Positions 47,262 to 56,411 of a stretch of 56,411 nt of DNA are shown here, piece after piece. Source of the stretch: a virus. Lineage: Duplodnaviria > Heunggongvirae > Uroviricota > Caudoviricetes. Numbering within the stretch: the first letter of the stretch is position 1; each line of letters opens with the position of its first letter. The translations under genes were made by a program, and so were the position numbers. The stretch lies in the IMG/VR virus record IMGVR_UViG_3300031758_000005; one strand, 5' to 3'. Below the pieces are notes generated by a model, which was not told the origin of the DNA, did not search any database, and worked only from the letters and a program-made list of their open reading frames with translations.

Positions 47262-48235
47262 ATATTCTTCTTAAAGTCTTCGTATGTATAAAACTTGCCG
47301 GTATTATTAAAAAGCGTATTTAGATTGTGCTGTGACATTTGCTTAAAAACTTGCCACCAATCTCCCTTTTCTTTTCCACAAAATCCTCTGGGGTTGTTTT
47401 CATTCGCAATATACATACGTTTATTTGGATGTCTACGAGCGTGAACCTTCAAGACGTTTTTAAATACTATTTGTAAATAATTTGTTCCTAGTATTTTTTG
47501 TGCCATCATTGATAAACTTTCATCGTCATTATGAATAAAGCAAGGTGGTATATTAACACCGCTCTTAATTAAATCTGATGTTAGCACCAAACAAGAACCA
47601 TCAATCTTTGGATAATTAATAGTTTGTACATCAATTTCTTTTATTTCTGAATTAATCAAATTCATTTGTTCGATTGACATACAAGATTTGGCCTGATTGA
47701 TATTATCTACATCTTTATCATCATATTTATGATTTATAAATTTAGGATGTACAGTAACATCCCAACTGTTGTCCCATAGTTTTCTATCAGCAAAACAAGC
47801 TATAAATCTATATAATCCTTGTTTTCTAACTACAGGTGTTAGTTGTTCCAAAGATACAATAGCTTCTTTTGGAAATAAACTATCAGTTTCTCCCCAGATT
47901 AAATAATCAACTAAGTAACTATACTTGGTATTAAATTCTCTACGGTAGTTAGTCTGAGTATAAAATGAATCATCATTATCTACTATAGTAAATGTAGCGT
48001 TTTTTACTCTATTTACTTGAATTGTGAATTTATTTATCAATTCTTCTTTTGTTATTTTAGAGGTATCAATAGTTTCGAAGAATTGTGAAACATTAAATGC
48101 AAAGTCTATTAAAACATTTTCTTTATTATCTACAGTTGACAATAGATTCAATAATCCATCCACATATGAAGACAACATTTCTATCTCATAGAACATTACG
48201 TGTACACCGATTGCATATTTATTCTGAACGATCAT
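47258..48235 (-). CDS. Putative GT-A glycosyltransferase-like protein
   Basis: YLIWGETD (DxD-like); operon context. Confidence 0.5.
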   Translation of the reverse strand: MIVQNKYAIGVHVMFYEIEMLSSYVDGLLNLLSTVDNKENVLIDFAFNVSQFFETIDTSKITKEELINKFTIQVNRVKNATFTIVDNDDSFYTQTNYRREFNTKYSYLVDYLIWGETDSLFPKEAIVSLEQLTPVVRKQGLYRFIACFADRKLWDNSWDVTVHPKFINHKYDDKDVDNINQAKSCMSIEQMNLINSEIKEIDVQTINYPKIDGSCLVLTSDLIKSGVNIPPCFIHNDDESLSMMAQKILGTNYLQIVFKNVLKVHARRHPNKRMYIANENNPRGFCGKEKGDWWQVFKQMSQHNLNTLFNNTGKFYTYEDFKKNI

Positions 48236-48954
48236 ACTAGTTTATGTTCAACAAATATACTCTGTAATTCGGTATCAATCAAGTTATTATTTAACATTAA
48301 ATTATACCCAACAGAATCGTCTGGTTTAAATGCCAATATACACACTGGTTTTTCTGCCATATCATATCTATACTGAAATCCGGTTACACCAACATTGTAT
48401 TTGGTATTTAGATGAGAAAAGAATGGACTGAGTTCGTTAAAATATTGACCATAAACATAATTAACTATGTTTTCATCTCCGTGATTTTTGAGAAGATCTT
48501 TATTGGCATCCATAAAATCAACAATTAGTCTCCAAATATTAACACTTGACTTTTTTATAAAAATTGATCCTGTGTTCCACTGTGTGTTATTTATATACTT
48601 TGCCATACCAATTACACCGTCAAATTTTGGAAATTCAAATTTGTTAATTTGCCAATCATCAAAATCGTGAAACCAAAAATCATCATCAATTAAGTTTTCT
48701 TCTAATAATTCACAAATTCCATATTGTTTATTAAAATATCTATTGTATCTACACAATCTATTTGTTTTGATAATAGTGACATCTTTATAAGAGAAGTCCA
48801 AATTGGTAACAACTACGATATCACTGGGACTCCAACCAAATCTTAAACTATTATCAATTTGCGCACGAAAGTATTTATACAACTCTTCAATTTTATAATT
48901 TCTACCATATGTGATAGTGTCAACGAAATCTTGAAATATTATTACGTTTTTCAT
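48232..48954 (-). CDS. Putative GT-A glycosyltransferase-like protein
   Basis: HDFD, WNTGSIF, DE..VN. Confidence 0.5.
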   Translation of the reverse strand: MKNVIIFQDFVDTITYGRNYKIEELYKYFRAQIDNSLRFGWSPSDIVVVTNLDFSYKDVTIIKTNRLCRYNRYFNKQYGICELLEENLIDDDFWFHDFDDWQINKFEFPKFDGVIGMAKYINNTQWNTGSIFIKKSSVNIWRLIVDFMDANKDLLKNHGDENIVNYVYGQYFNELSPFFSHLNTKYNVGVTGFQYRYDMAEKPVCILAFKPDDSVGYNLMLNNNLIDTELQSIFVEHKLV

Positions 48955-48960
48955 ATATTT

Positions 48961-49518
48961 TTAATTTCCCATTACCCAAAAAGATTCGTCGATATATGTG
49001 TTTTTGTGTTTATAATTTTTTCTATTCAGTAAATTTTCTTTTAAGAATATATCTTTATGTCCAAATATGCCTGTTATATAAGGTTCACATCCTGTATATA
49101 ACATCAGATTATAATCACTTGGAACCTTAACTGATTGCCATTTGAATTCGTTGGTATGCATATCGTGACAAACAATTATTGGACTTCTATAAAATGCGGA
49201 TTGTAAACATTCTTTTCGGTCATTTCCATCTATAAAAATTAGATCATAATTTTCTTTAGTTTCATTGAAGTATTCATTCATTGGTTTTGTATAATGAACA
49301 ACATCCAAATTATTTTTGTGACTGTATTCTTGTTTTACAAATTTCACCCATTCTTCTACATTTTCGATAGATGTGGTCTGTTTGCTATTTCTAACAAAAC
49401 AACCAGTACTCCATATACCACATCCAAATTCCAATACCGAATTTATTTGGTATACTGCAAATGCAACTTCTAATACTGGTATGCATGTTCCTGGGTCTAA
49501 TAATCCATATTTACTCAT
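48961..49518 (-). CDS. Class I SAM methyltransferase-like protein
   Basis: VLEFGCG..ST, YDLIFIDG, HD. Confidence 0.75.
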   Translation of the reverse strand: MSKYGLLDPGTCIPVLEVAFAVYQINSVLEFGCGIWSTGCFVRNSKQTTSIENVEEWVKFVKQEYSHKNNLDVVHYTKPMNEYFNETKENYDLIFIDGNDRKECLQSAFYRSPIIVCHDMHTNEFKWQSVKVPSDYNLMLYTGCEPYITGIFGHKDIFLKENLLNRKNYKHKNTYIDESFWVMGN

Positions 49519-49522
49519 AACA

Positions 49523-50170
49523 TTATAATTTTTCTACCAGTACTTGCCAGTTTTTATGTAATACTTTTATTTTGTTTTGATAACACAATAAGAAAGATTC
49601 TATTCCATATCTACAATTTCCCCAACCATAATCATCAAATAACATATATCCTCCTGGCTTTAACATTTCAAAACACAGACAAGATTCATAAATTACGTGA
49701 TCTGGTTCGTGACTGCCATCAATATAAACAAAATCTAGAATTTTATCCACATTTGGATTGAATTTTTTTAAAAATAATTTTGAATCTTCCAAAACATATT
49801 CACATTTATTTTGATCTATATAAGGCTGTAAATTTTGTCTAACCGATACCAGTATGTCTTCTTCCAATACCATTCCTTTAAACGAAGCACCTTTTTTGTA
49901 ATGTAGATTTTCTGTTATATCAACAGTTGTTAATTTGGAAGTTGGATGTGTTAAAATATTTTCCAAAGTCCACACGGCGGATCTACCGTTTCCAGTGCCT
50001 ATTTCTAAAAATTGAAGATTGGGAGCATTTTCAAATTTTGATAAAAATGTCAACCAATTTGTGATGTGGATAGTGAATCCATCTTTATTAGCAAAATAAT
50101 GATCTGGATAGGTGTATATCGGGTTTTCTGGATGATCTCCGTATTTTTTTCTTAGTTCAATGTTATTCAT
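49523..50170 (-). CDS. Class I SAM methyltransferase (Methyltransf_24-like)
   Basis: LEIG...GRSA, DFVYIDGSH, LKPGG...FDDY. Confidence 0.85.
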   Translation of the reverse strand: MNNIELRKKYGDHPENPIYTYPDHYFANKDGFTIHITNWLTFLSKFENAPNLQFLEIGTGNGRSAVWTLENILTHPTSKLTTVDITENLHYKKGASFKGMVLEEDILVSVRQNLQPYIDQNKCEYVLEDSKLFLKKFNPNVDKILDFVYIDGSHEPDHVIYESCLCFEMLKPGGYMLFDDYGWGNCRYGIESFLLCYQNKIKVLHKNWQVLVEKL

Positions 50171-50173
50171 AAA

Positions 50174-50749
50174 TTATACCTCAACGCAAATATATCCCTC
50201 ATAAGCACTTAATTTGGGGAGTTTACTAATAAAAGTTTCATCAGGACTATAACCAATTGGTTTTACTATTTTAATGTATTCATTTTTAACCAAATCATCC
50301 ATAGCCTGTTTTAATTCTGGAAATCCTCCAATATCGTCATAAATAAAATACTTCTTTAATCCGTTTGTAGATTTAAATTTAAGAGATCTAATTGTATCAT
50401 CTATAACTGCAAAATAAGTGTGTTGTGCATCGATAAAAAAGACATCTCCATAATCTAATGGCAACTGGGTATTATATACGTCTTGTGTATAATATCTTAC
50501 ATTTGTACGATGTTTATTGAACTCTATAGCTTCTTTAGCACTTTCCAAATTAAAACCTACTACCTCTTTAAACAAATAGCTTAAAATTCTAGTAGAGTAT
50601 CCTAAATTAGCTCCTATTTCCAAACAAACACTTTGTTTAAATTCAGGCTTATCAAAAAACTCAAACACATCACGTTTAAATTTATGACTTGTAGTTGTAC
50701 TATGTTCAAATTTATCTGGTATATCTTTTAAAAGTTCGTCAATAGTCAT
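50174..50749 (-). CDS. Class I SAM methyltransferase-like protein
   Basis: LEIGA..GYST, FFIDAQH, YDD. Confidence 0.75.
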   Translation of the reverse strand: MTIDELLKDIPDKFEHSTTTSHKFKRDVFEFFDKPEFKQSVCLEIGANLGYSTRILSYLFKEVVGFNLESAKEAIEFNKHRTNVRYYTQDVYNTQLPLDYGDVFFIDAQHTYFAVIDDTIRSLKFKSTNGLKKYFIYDDIGGFPELKQAMDDLVKNEYIKIVKPIGYSPDETFISKLPKLSAYEGYICVEV

Positions 50750-50750
50750 A

Positions 50751-51398
50751 TTATTTTACAGCATAACCTTTGTTTTCATTAAGGCTAAAGTTTTTGTTAT
50801 ATTTCATATTTGTTTCTCTTTGTTTTTCAATTGTTTTGTTATGAATCAAAGCAATATCTTTTTGAGGAGGTATAAAGGCATAAGACTTATATCCCTCAAC
50901 CTTTTCGTGTAATCTACGTTCGTATCTAATATGAGGAAGATTTTTATAAAGACGGGATTGGTAATCAGGAAAGTTAATCATACCATCGTGATAATTCCAA
51001 CCCCACATTTCAATATCTGTTTGTGTTACCCCAACAAAATAGTTGAGTCGGGGTAACCACAATGTTTCATTGTTTGCGTTAGATTGTAATAATACATCTA
51101 TATTTTCAAGAAGAACATCGGTTGGCAATTCATCCGCATCAATTTGAAATATCCATTCACCTTTACATAAACTAATGCCATAGTTTTTATGAGCACCATA
51201 ATCATTCTGTAATTTCTTTTGTTGAAAATTAATAGATGACTTATACTTCTCAATAATGGAAATTGTAGTTGGATTATCAGAATAATCATCCAATAAAACA
51301 ATTTCGTGGTTAGTTTTTTTAGTACTGGTCAATTTAGACAATAATGCGTCCAAACAATCAGTTTCATTATGCGTTGTGACTAGATATGATAGAAACAT
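50751..51398 (-). CDS. GT2-family glycosyltransferase
   Basis: TTHNE, LDDYSD, WIFQIDADE, PDYQ.RL, LHE. Confidence 0.85.
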   Translation of the reverse strand: MFLSYLVTTHNETDCLDALLSKLTSTKKTNHEIVLLDDYSDNPTTISIIEKYKSSINFQQKKLQNDYGAHKNYGISLCKGEWIFQIDADELPTDVLLENIDVLLQSNANNETLWLPRLNYFVGVTQTDIEMWGWNYHDGMINFPDYQSRLYKNLPHIRYERRLHEKVEGYKSYAFIPPQKDIALIHNKTIEKQRETNMKYNKNFSLNENKGYAVK

Positions 51399-51399
51399 A

Positions 51400-52743
51400 T
51401 TATAGCATCTTTAGTTTTGGCAGAACAATCTTTTGTTCTTCTTTGTTTTCTGATGTATTAAGTGATTTTAATTTGGGTAATACAAATGAATTTTCTGTAG
51501 CAAACTTCGGTACATACTTATCAAGTATACCCCACAACTTTTGATCCATCGATTGTAAACTGAATTTTTCTTCATTTTCAGCACGAAGTAATTCGGCTGG
51601 TTTAGTAAACTTATCACTCTTACGAGCAAAATACAATTGTTTAAATTTGTCTTCTGCTAGAGAATAAGAAACTTTAAACCACTTACTTTCTTTTAGAATC
51701 CATTGGTTAACAGACTTAGGATCTACATCTACTAGTGTACCTGGCAATAAATTAGCATATTTCTCATTTAGATAATCCAATTGACCACTCCAATTTGGAG
51801 CTAGTAGTGGTTTTCCACTTAATGTAGATAGTAACATTGGATGACCAAATCCTTCACCGTGAGTAAATGATACGTGCGCTAAAATCTTTTCGTGATTTAA
51901 CAATGCATTCATTTCAACGTCACTTAGTTCGCCGTGCAATAGATATACGTTTGGACAATTGTCTCCAAATGCACTTTTGATTCTTTTGATCTTGTCCAAC
52001 ATATCAAAACGATCAACTGTGCTATATCCACTGCCACTTGTTTTTACAATCAAACAAGGTCTATCATTTGGATTATTATTCTTGAATGCTGTGCAGAATG
52101 TTTTGATTAGATTTCCAATATCTTTACGATCATTGTATAGTCCGCCGTGAGTCCATTGACCAACAAATAGAAATGCGTTCTTTTCTGGAATCTTACTTAG
52201 AGATTCATTGACAGTTTCTACGGTTTGATCGGTTTTCTTATAAACATTGGTATCTACCCCCCAGAAACAAACTTCAATTGGTTTATTTACTTGAATTTGT
52301 TCTTTTTGACCATTTTCGTGTTGCTTGACCATCTTGGTATCCACGAATACCTTTTTAACGTGTTCTGATAGACCAATTGTAAGGTCCATTCTATTGATAC
52401 CCTCGATCCAACTTCCAGGTGAAATTGTTGTTTCAATACCAGCTGTCATACCAATATTGTACTTTCCAACTTGTTGGAATTCTTCGGGGATGGTCAATTG
52501 AATAAACAATTCTGGTTGCTTATTCAAGTTTCCTTGTAGAATGCAATTAGCTACCAACTTATCTTCTGGATCTGTTAGATCTTCCAAGAATCGTTTGCTT
52601 GGACACGCTCCCCATCTAGTGGGCGCAATTTTAACATCGTATTTGTTCTGACGAATTAAGCTCTTGGCTACTGTCGTAGCCCAATCGCCATATCCACTTC
52701 GATTAAATACTGGACCTGAAATTAAACATAATGGTTTGCTCAT
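51400..52743 (-). CDS. GT-B (GT4-like) glycosyltransferase
   Basis: SGYG, FLFVGQW, RK, GEGFG.P.L. Confidence 0.85.
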   Translation of the reverse strand: MSKPLCLISGPVFNRSGYGDWATTVAKSLIRQNKYDVKIAPTRWGACPSKRFLEDLTDPEDKLVANCILQGNLNKQPELFIQLTIPEEFQQVGKYNIGMTAGIETTISPGSWIEGINRMDLTIGLSEHVKKVFVDTKMVKQHENGQKEQIQVNKPIEVCFWGVDTNVYKKTDQTVETVNESLSKIPEKNAFLFVGQWTHGGLYNDRKDIGNLIKTFCTAFKNNNPNDRPCLIVKTSGSGYSTVDRFDMLDKIKRIKSAFGDNCPNVYLLHGELSDVEMNALLNHEKILAHVSFTHGEGFGHPMLLSTLSGKPLLAPNWSGQLDYLNEKYANLLPGTLVDVDPKSVNQWILKESKWFKVSYSLAEDKFKQLYFARKSDKFTKPAELLRAENEEKFSLQSMDQKLWGILDKYVPKFATENSFVLPKLKSLNTSENKEEQKIVLPKLKML

Positions 52744-52744
52744 A

Positions 52745-53437
52745 TTATTTTTGATTAAATTGATTGTTGTCTCTTTCTGCGATTAACTGACTATATTTTT
52801 TCGGTGTTTCCGATTTATTTAAATTTGCATATAATGATTCAATTGTATTGGGACTACTTGACTCAGACACTACGTTATCTTTTTTTTTAACATCGGTGCT
52901 GCCAAATCCTCCATCACCTCTATCTGTAGAATCTAATTCGTCTACCAGAATAAATTCTACATTTTCAACTTTGGTTACTTTAAGTTGACAAACCTTATCA
53001 CCTTTGTTGTAGAGTTTACTATAATTTACAGTTCCTTCTAATAGATTATCGGTTCTAATTTTATAGTCTTCTGGTTGCCATTGATATTTAAAACGAAGTA
53101 ATACTTCTCCACGATAATCTGCATCGATCAATCCAATACAATTAGCCAATACTAAATTATATTTACTAACGCTACTACGAGGAAATGCTAGAATGTCATA
53201 GTCTAAATCGGTATGACCAAAATTACTAAACACTTTTTCTTTTTGTACAGCTAGTTTAAGATTGGTCTTATACTGAATATAATCTACTCGTTTGTATGCA
53301 CCGTTATCATATGTTTCCCCAATTATCTCTGGGCCACTTGTAACAATTACATCAAAACCAGTAGCTCTATCAGTACCTTTCTTTGGCAAATTACTTGTTT
53401 CTTTATAATCTTCGTTCTTTAATACTTGAATCTTCAT
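52745..53437 (-). CDS. dut: dUTPase (trimeric type)
   Basis: A.GFD, PRSS, GLID.DYRGE, GDK..QL, RG.GGFGST. Confidence 0.92.
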   Translation of the reverse strand: MKIQVLKNEDYKETSNLPKKGTDRATGFDVIVTSGPEIIGETYDNGAYKRVDYIQYKTNLKLAVQKEKVFSNFGHTDLDYDILAFPRSSVSKYNLVLANCIGLIDADYRGEVLLRFKYQWQPEDYKIRTDNLLEGTVNYSKLYNKGDKVCQLKVTKVENVEFILVDELDSTDRGDGGFGSTDVKKKDNVVSESSSPNTIESLYANLNKSETPKKYSQLIAERDNNQFNQK

Positions 53438-54405
53438 AGAGCCGATACTTCTTGTTTGATCTTATCAATATTAATTTTATGCAAATCTATACCCATCTTT
53501 CCATTGGGTTGACTCTTAATATCATAACCATACTCAGTGAAAATATCAAACTTTTTAGTTGGTTTAAAATTTTCAATAGTGAAATCCATTGCTTTGATGA
53601 ATTGATCGCACATATTCTTTGCATTAATACCACCTTCATTCATTGCCCACAATCTACCTTCCAATCCACATTCTTCACGCTTTTCGGAACCGGCTAGATA
53701 CCAATACATAATTGCATCTGCAATGTCTGAATAATTTGTTAAATCATCCATAATATATGGGGTAGGTGGACTACCTTGCATATTTTGTACTTTGGGCCAT
53801 ACTGGTTTAGCCCATTTGCCGTGATTTGTATATTTTCCAGATGCATTTGTACCAAATTCCAAATTAAATTCAATTGCATTACCATTATCATCTACGATAC
53901 CTAGTTGATCTTGTAGACCACCTGTTACAGTAGCTATGACAGGTGTACCACACATAATAGCTTCTGCAACACTCAAACCAAATCCTTCATTAGAACTTAC
54001 ATTTGACAACACATCGGCTAAGTTATAAAAAGCACACATTTCGTCTGGTGACCAACGAGATTCGTTTAATACGACCTTGTATTCTGGACAAATCGACGCA
54101 ATCGTTGCAACCAAATCTGTACCAGCTTCACATACTTTATCAGTATGCATTACCAATGCACATTTACTAGCTTCTTCTTTTGTCAAAGAATCACAAAATG
54201 TTCTAAATGCTAGAATAAGATTGGCGGGGTGTTTACGATGTGCATTTCGACTATTAAATGCTACAATGAAATTATAATCGCCGTCACCCAACAATTCTTT
54301 TTTAATTTTTTGAACAGCTGGATTATTCTTTTCCAATACTCTAAATTCATTGCTGTTAATACCGTGTGGCACCAAATGCAATAGATGTTTTCCGTTTACT
54401 GGCAT
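53434..54405 (-). CDS. GT4-like glycosyltransferase, C-terminal (donor-binding) half
   Basis: VPHGI, NSRN..RK, SNEGFGLS..EA..CGTP.IA..TGGLQDQ; own SD AAGGAG. Confidence 0.8.
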   Translation of the reverse strand: MPVNGKHLLHLVPHGINSNEFRVLEKNNPAVQKIKKELLGDGDYNFIVAFNSRNAHRKHPANLILAFRTFCDSLTKEEASKCALVMHTDKVCEAGTDLVATIASICPEYKVVLNESRWSPDEMCAFYNLADVLSNVSSNEGFGLSVAEAIMCGTPVIATVTGGLQDQLGIVDDNGNAIEFNLEFGTNASGKYTNHGKWAKPVWPKVQNMQGSPPTPYIMDDLTNYSDIADAIMYWYLAGSEKREECGLEGRLWAMNEGGINAKNMCDQFIKAMDFTIENFKPTKKFDIFTEYGYDIKSQPNGKMGIDLHKINIDKIKQEVSAL

Positions 54406-54406
54406 A

Positions 54407-54961
54407 TTATAGGTTCTCCTTCTTTATAATGTTTCCGTTGTTGTCAAAGTCTCCAAAGATACTGGTACAATTTTCTGGTCCTAGTACCCATTTGTTAATA
54501 TTGTCTGTTTGTTTGCTAATAGCGAACAATGCGTCACAACATTTGTAAAATGGTTTGTTCCACATAGGATATGGTAGATCGTCCCAAATGTCTAAGTAGG
54601 TTAGAGGAATTTTAGAACGAATCTGATTTTCAATATTGTACAACCATCCCCAGAAACGTGGATCTGTAAAGTGCATAATTGCATCTGGTTTTTCTAGAGA
54701 CATGATTTGAAATAGAATTTCTTCATCACCATAACCATCTACAGGATATAATCTGAGATAGTTATCATTTCGTCCATTGAGTTTATCAACAGCTTCTTTC
54801 ATATCAACGATTTTACCTTGTTCAGGGTGTTTAATGGCACCAGCTATTTGCACCCAATCGTAATGCTGTACGGTGCCTAAGACAAGTTCCCTTGACATTG
54901 TTGCGATACCACTATGCATTCTTAGATCGTCGCTCAATAATAATATTTTTTTCTTCTTCAT
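54407..54961 (-). CDS. GT4-like glycosyltransferase, N-terminal half
   Basis: KILLLSDD.R..SG.A, PDAI..FTDPR, IWDD.PYP, ISKQT. Confidence 0.75.
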   Translation of the reverse strand: MKKKKILLLSDDLRMHSGIATMSRELVLGTVQHYDWVQIAGAIKHPEQGKIVDMKEAVDKLNGRNDNYLRLYPVDGYGDEEILFQIMSLEKPDAIMHFTDPRFWGWLYNIENQIRSKIPLTYLDIWDDLPYPMWNKPFYKCCDALFAISKQTDNINKWVLGPENCTSIFGDFDNNGNIIKKENL

Positions 54962-55176
54962 TTAGATTCCTTTGTAGATAGTTGAAATGGTTGATTATAA
55001 CTTAATTTTTGACAAACGCTTTCGCTTATTTCTGTTTGAAAATTCGAATCGGTCAAATATCTTTCCAAACACTTATTTACAAAGTCTTGAAATGATATTC
55101 TACCACGAATATTAAGCTCTTTAAATTGATTATATAACTCTTGATTGAGTTTTACTGTAGTAACAACTTGGTCCAT
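54958..55176 (-). CDS. Small ribbon-helix-helix-like protein
   Basis: VTTVKL..ELY.QFK......ISFQDFVN.CLE.YL beta-alpha-alpha pattern. Confidence 0.55.
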   Translation of the reverse strand: MDQVVTTVKLNQELYNQFKELNIRGRISFQDFVNKCLERYLTDSNFQTEISESVCQKLSYNQPFQLSTKESK

Positions 55177-55210
55177 AACATATGTGTATATGTATATATG
55201 TACATATGTT
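55177..55210. repeat. Inverted repeat / putative operator
   Basis: AACATATGT-N16-ACATATGTT; each arm contains the palindrome ACATATGT. Confidence 0.6.
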
Positions 55211-55221
55211 TTTGTATTATT

Positions 55222-56220
55222 TTAAATTGTTTTTATTGTAACGTGCGTATTTAAAATTAAAGGCCTAATATTAGTTTTGATTTTAGGTTTTTCGTTTGAA
55301 GTCTTTAAAATATTAGTAAATCTATTTGTGACTGATTCATAAGAATATGTTTCAATTACTGATTTGTACGATTTATTTACTATAACATCAAAATAATTAA
55401 TGTCATTTAAAGATTTACAAAATATATTCTCTAATATATTAACATCATTGGTTGATGTCTCTGGATATAAAATTTTATTTGCATCATTTAATCCGCCAAT
55501 AGTCATATTTTTGAATATCGCGTTGTATATTGTTTGTTGTCCTAATTGGGGTTCAGGATCCATATTCAAGATATATTTATATTTTGATACTAAATCTAAA
55601 AAATCGTACATAGAAGAAGTTTCTAACTTAATATAATCAATATTATATTTTTTCGATAAAAACTTACCGAATTTTTCGGCATCTCCTTGTCTCCATGTAC
55701 ATTTAGGCAAATATATTACAATCTTATCTTCTTTTTTTTGTTTTGAAAATAACTTTTCATAGGTATAAACATCAATTGGACAAGGCAACCAATCTACGTT
55801 TTTATTAAATTTGTATGAATAATTCATTGACACGTTAATATTTTTGTACATTGATAAAATTCGATCACATTTATTAAAAAATTTTATACGATCTTCAATC
55901 GATGAGATAAAATATAGTTCTTTTATAATTGCGCAAATTAAAGCATTTGGATAAGCTTTTCTTATTTCGTCTATTTTATCAGTATGCCATTCTAAACAAA
56001 CAAATATAATATCTAAGTCAAATTTTGGTACTGAATTAAATTCTGATAAATTTATAAAAATTCCTTGACACCAATCAGTCCAAGAAAACCATGCTTCTTT
56101 GACTTTAAAAGTATTTTCCATTAATTTGTCATTTTTTAAATAAAACGACTCATTGCCTTTAACATAAAAACTCGGAAGTTGATTGTTTAAAAACTTATCT
56201 AAAAATATTCCTATTTTCAT
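55222..56220 (-). CDS. Hypothetical GT-B-like protein
   Basis: Very AT-rich 332-aa ORF; WLPCPID; C-terminal LYPE...and YSYE.V pattern similar to 46314-47261. Confidence 0.5.
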   Translation of the reverse strand: MKIGIFLDKFLNNQLPSFYVKGNESFYLKNDKLMENTFKVKEAWFSWTDWCQGIFINLSEFNSVPKFDLDIIFVCLEWHTDKIDEIRKAYPNALICAIIKELYFISSIEDRIKFFNKCDRILSMYKNINVSMNYSYKFNKNVDWLPCPIDVYTYEKLFSKQKKEDKIVIYLPKCTWRQGDAEKFGKFLSKKYNIDYIKLETSSMYDFLDLVSKYKYILNMDPEPQLGQQTIYNAIFKNMTIGGLNDANKILYPETSTNDVNILENIFCKSLNDINYFDVIVNKSYKSVIETYSYESVTNRFTNILKTSNEKPKIKTNIRPLILNTHVTIKTI

Positions 56221-56411
56221 TTAGAAGCCTTGGCATCACAGTTTGTTTTGTGGTGAATGCAATATTTACAATTTTTCTTGGCTTTGCCTGGGATTTTGGG
56301 ATATTCTATGGATGTGTTATAAGTTCCATCAGAATTAAATCCAATATCTAAGAATTCAATAAAAGAGTTAATGGATTCCTTTATGATTACAGGTCCGGCA
56401 GCTGGTTTAAA
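56217..56411 (-). CDS. C-terminus of a probable PD-(D/E)xK (Cas4/RecB-like, Fe-S) nuclease, truncated by the window
   Basis: ...YPKIPGKAKKNCKYCIHHKTNCDAKASK-TGA; CxxC-x6-C terminal cluster. Confidence 0.5.
   Translation of the reverse strand, partial: FKPAAGPVIIKESINSFIEFLDIGFNSDGTYNTSIEYPKIPGKAKKNCKYCIHHKTNCDAKASK

Noticed and set aside
393-55636. Many short antisense or nested ORFs in the track (e.g. 3250-3747, 18133-18672, 27247-27564, 27294-27653, 45080-45439)
   Set aside because: They overlap well-supported genes and carry no motifs; treated as shadow ORFs.
37131-56220. Bacterial O-antigen or capsule locus (host chromosome)
   Set aside because: No wzx/wzy/wzm-wzt or initiating transferase; interleaved with dUTPase and phage-type genes and similar in composition to the rest.
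1-56411. CRISPR array, tRNA or rRNA genes
   Set aside because: No regularly spaced repeats or cloverleafs seen by eye and intergenic gaps are short; a tRNAscan/Infernal run was not possible.
56217-56411. cas4 as part of a CRISPR-Cas locus
   Set aside because: Only a C-terminal Cys cluster is visible; stand-alone Cas4/RecB-like nucleases are common in phages and no other cas genes are present.

Overview
AT-rich fragment of a large myovirus-type (T4-superfamily-like) dsDNA phage genome; I see no rRNA, tRNA or CRISPR array. The + strand (1-36.3 kb) carries a contractile-tail module (tube, chaperone, tape measure, baseplate), a very divergent short family-A DNA polymerase, gp32-like SSB, UvsX, a free-standing homing-type endonuclease, a FEN/RNase H-type 5'-3' nuclease, a DnaB/gp41 helicase, class Ia nrdAB, a MoxR-VWA pair, a DUF4338/DruA-like protein, UvsE and a dNMP kinase. 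The - strand (36.3-56.4 kb) is a ~19 kb glycan biosynthesis/modification cluster plus dUTPase. Most striking: (1) the 5'-3' nuclease gene next to the endonuclease is broken inside its catalytic DGL|N motif by 5 extra nt (TAGTG, an overlapping stop/start), right after a long RNA stem-loop, which suggests a split gene or translational bypass analogous to T4 gene 60/mobA; (2) a hairpin buries the endonuclease start codon and a putative late promoter; (3) a probable +1/-2 frameshift extends the tail chaperone; (4) a GT-B glycosyltransferase is split into two genes; (5) a membrane-anchored PAS protein. All product calls come from motif recognition by eye; no database searches or folding programs were run.
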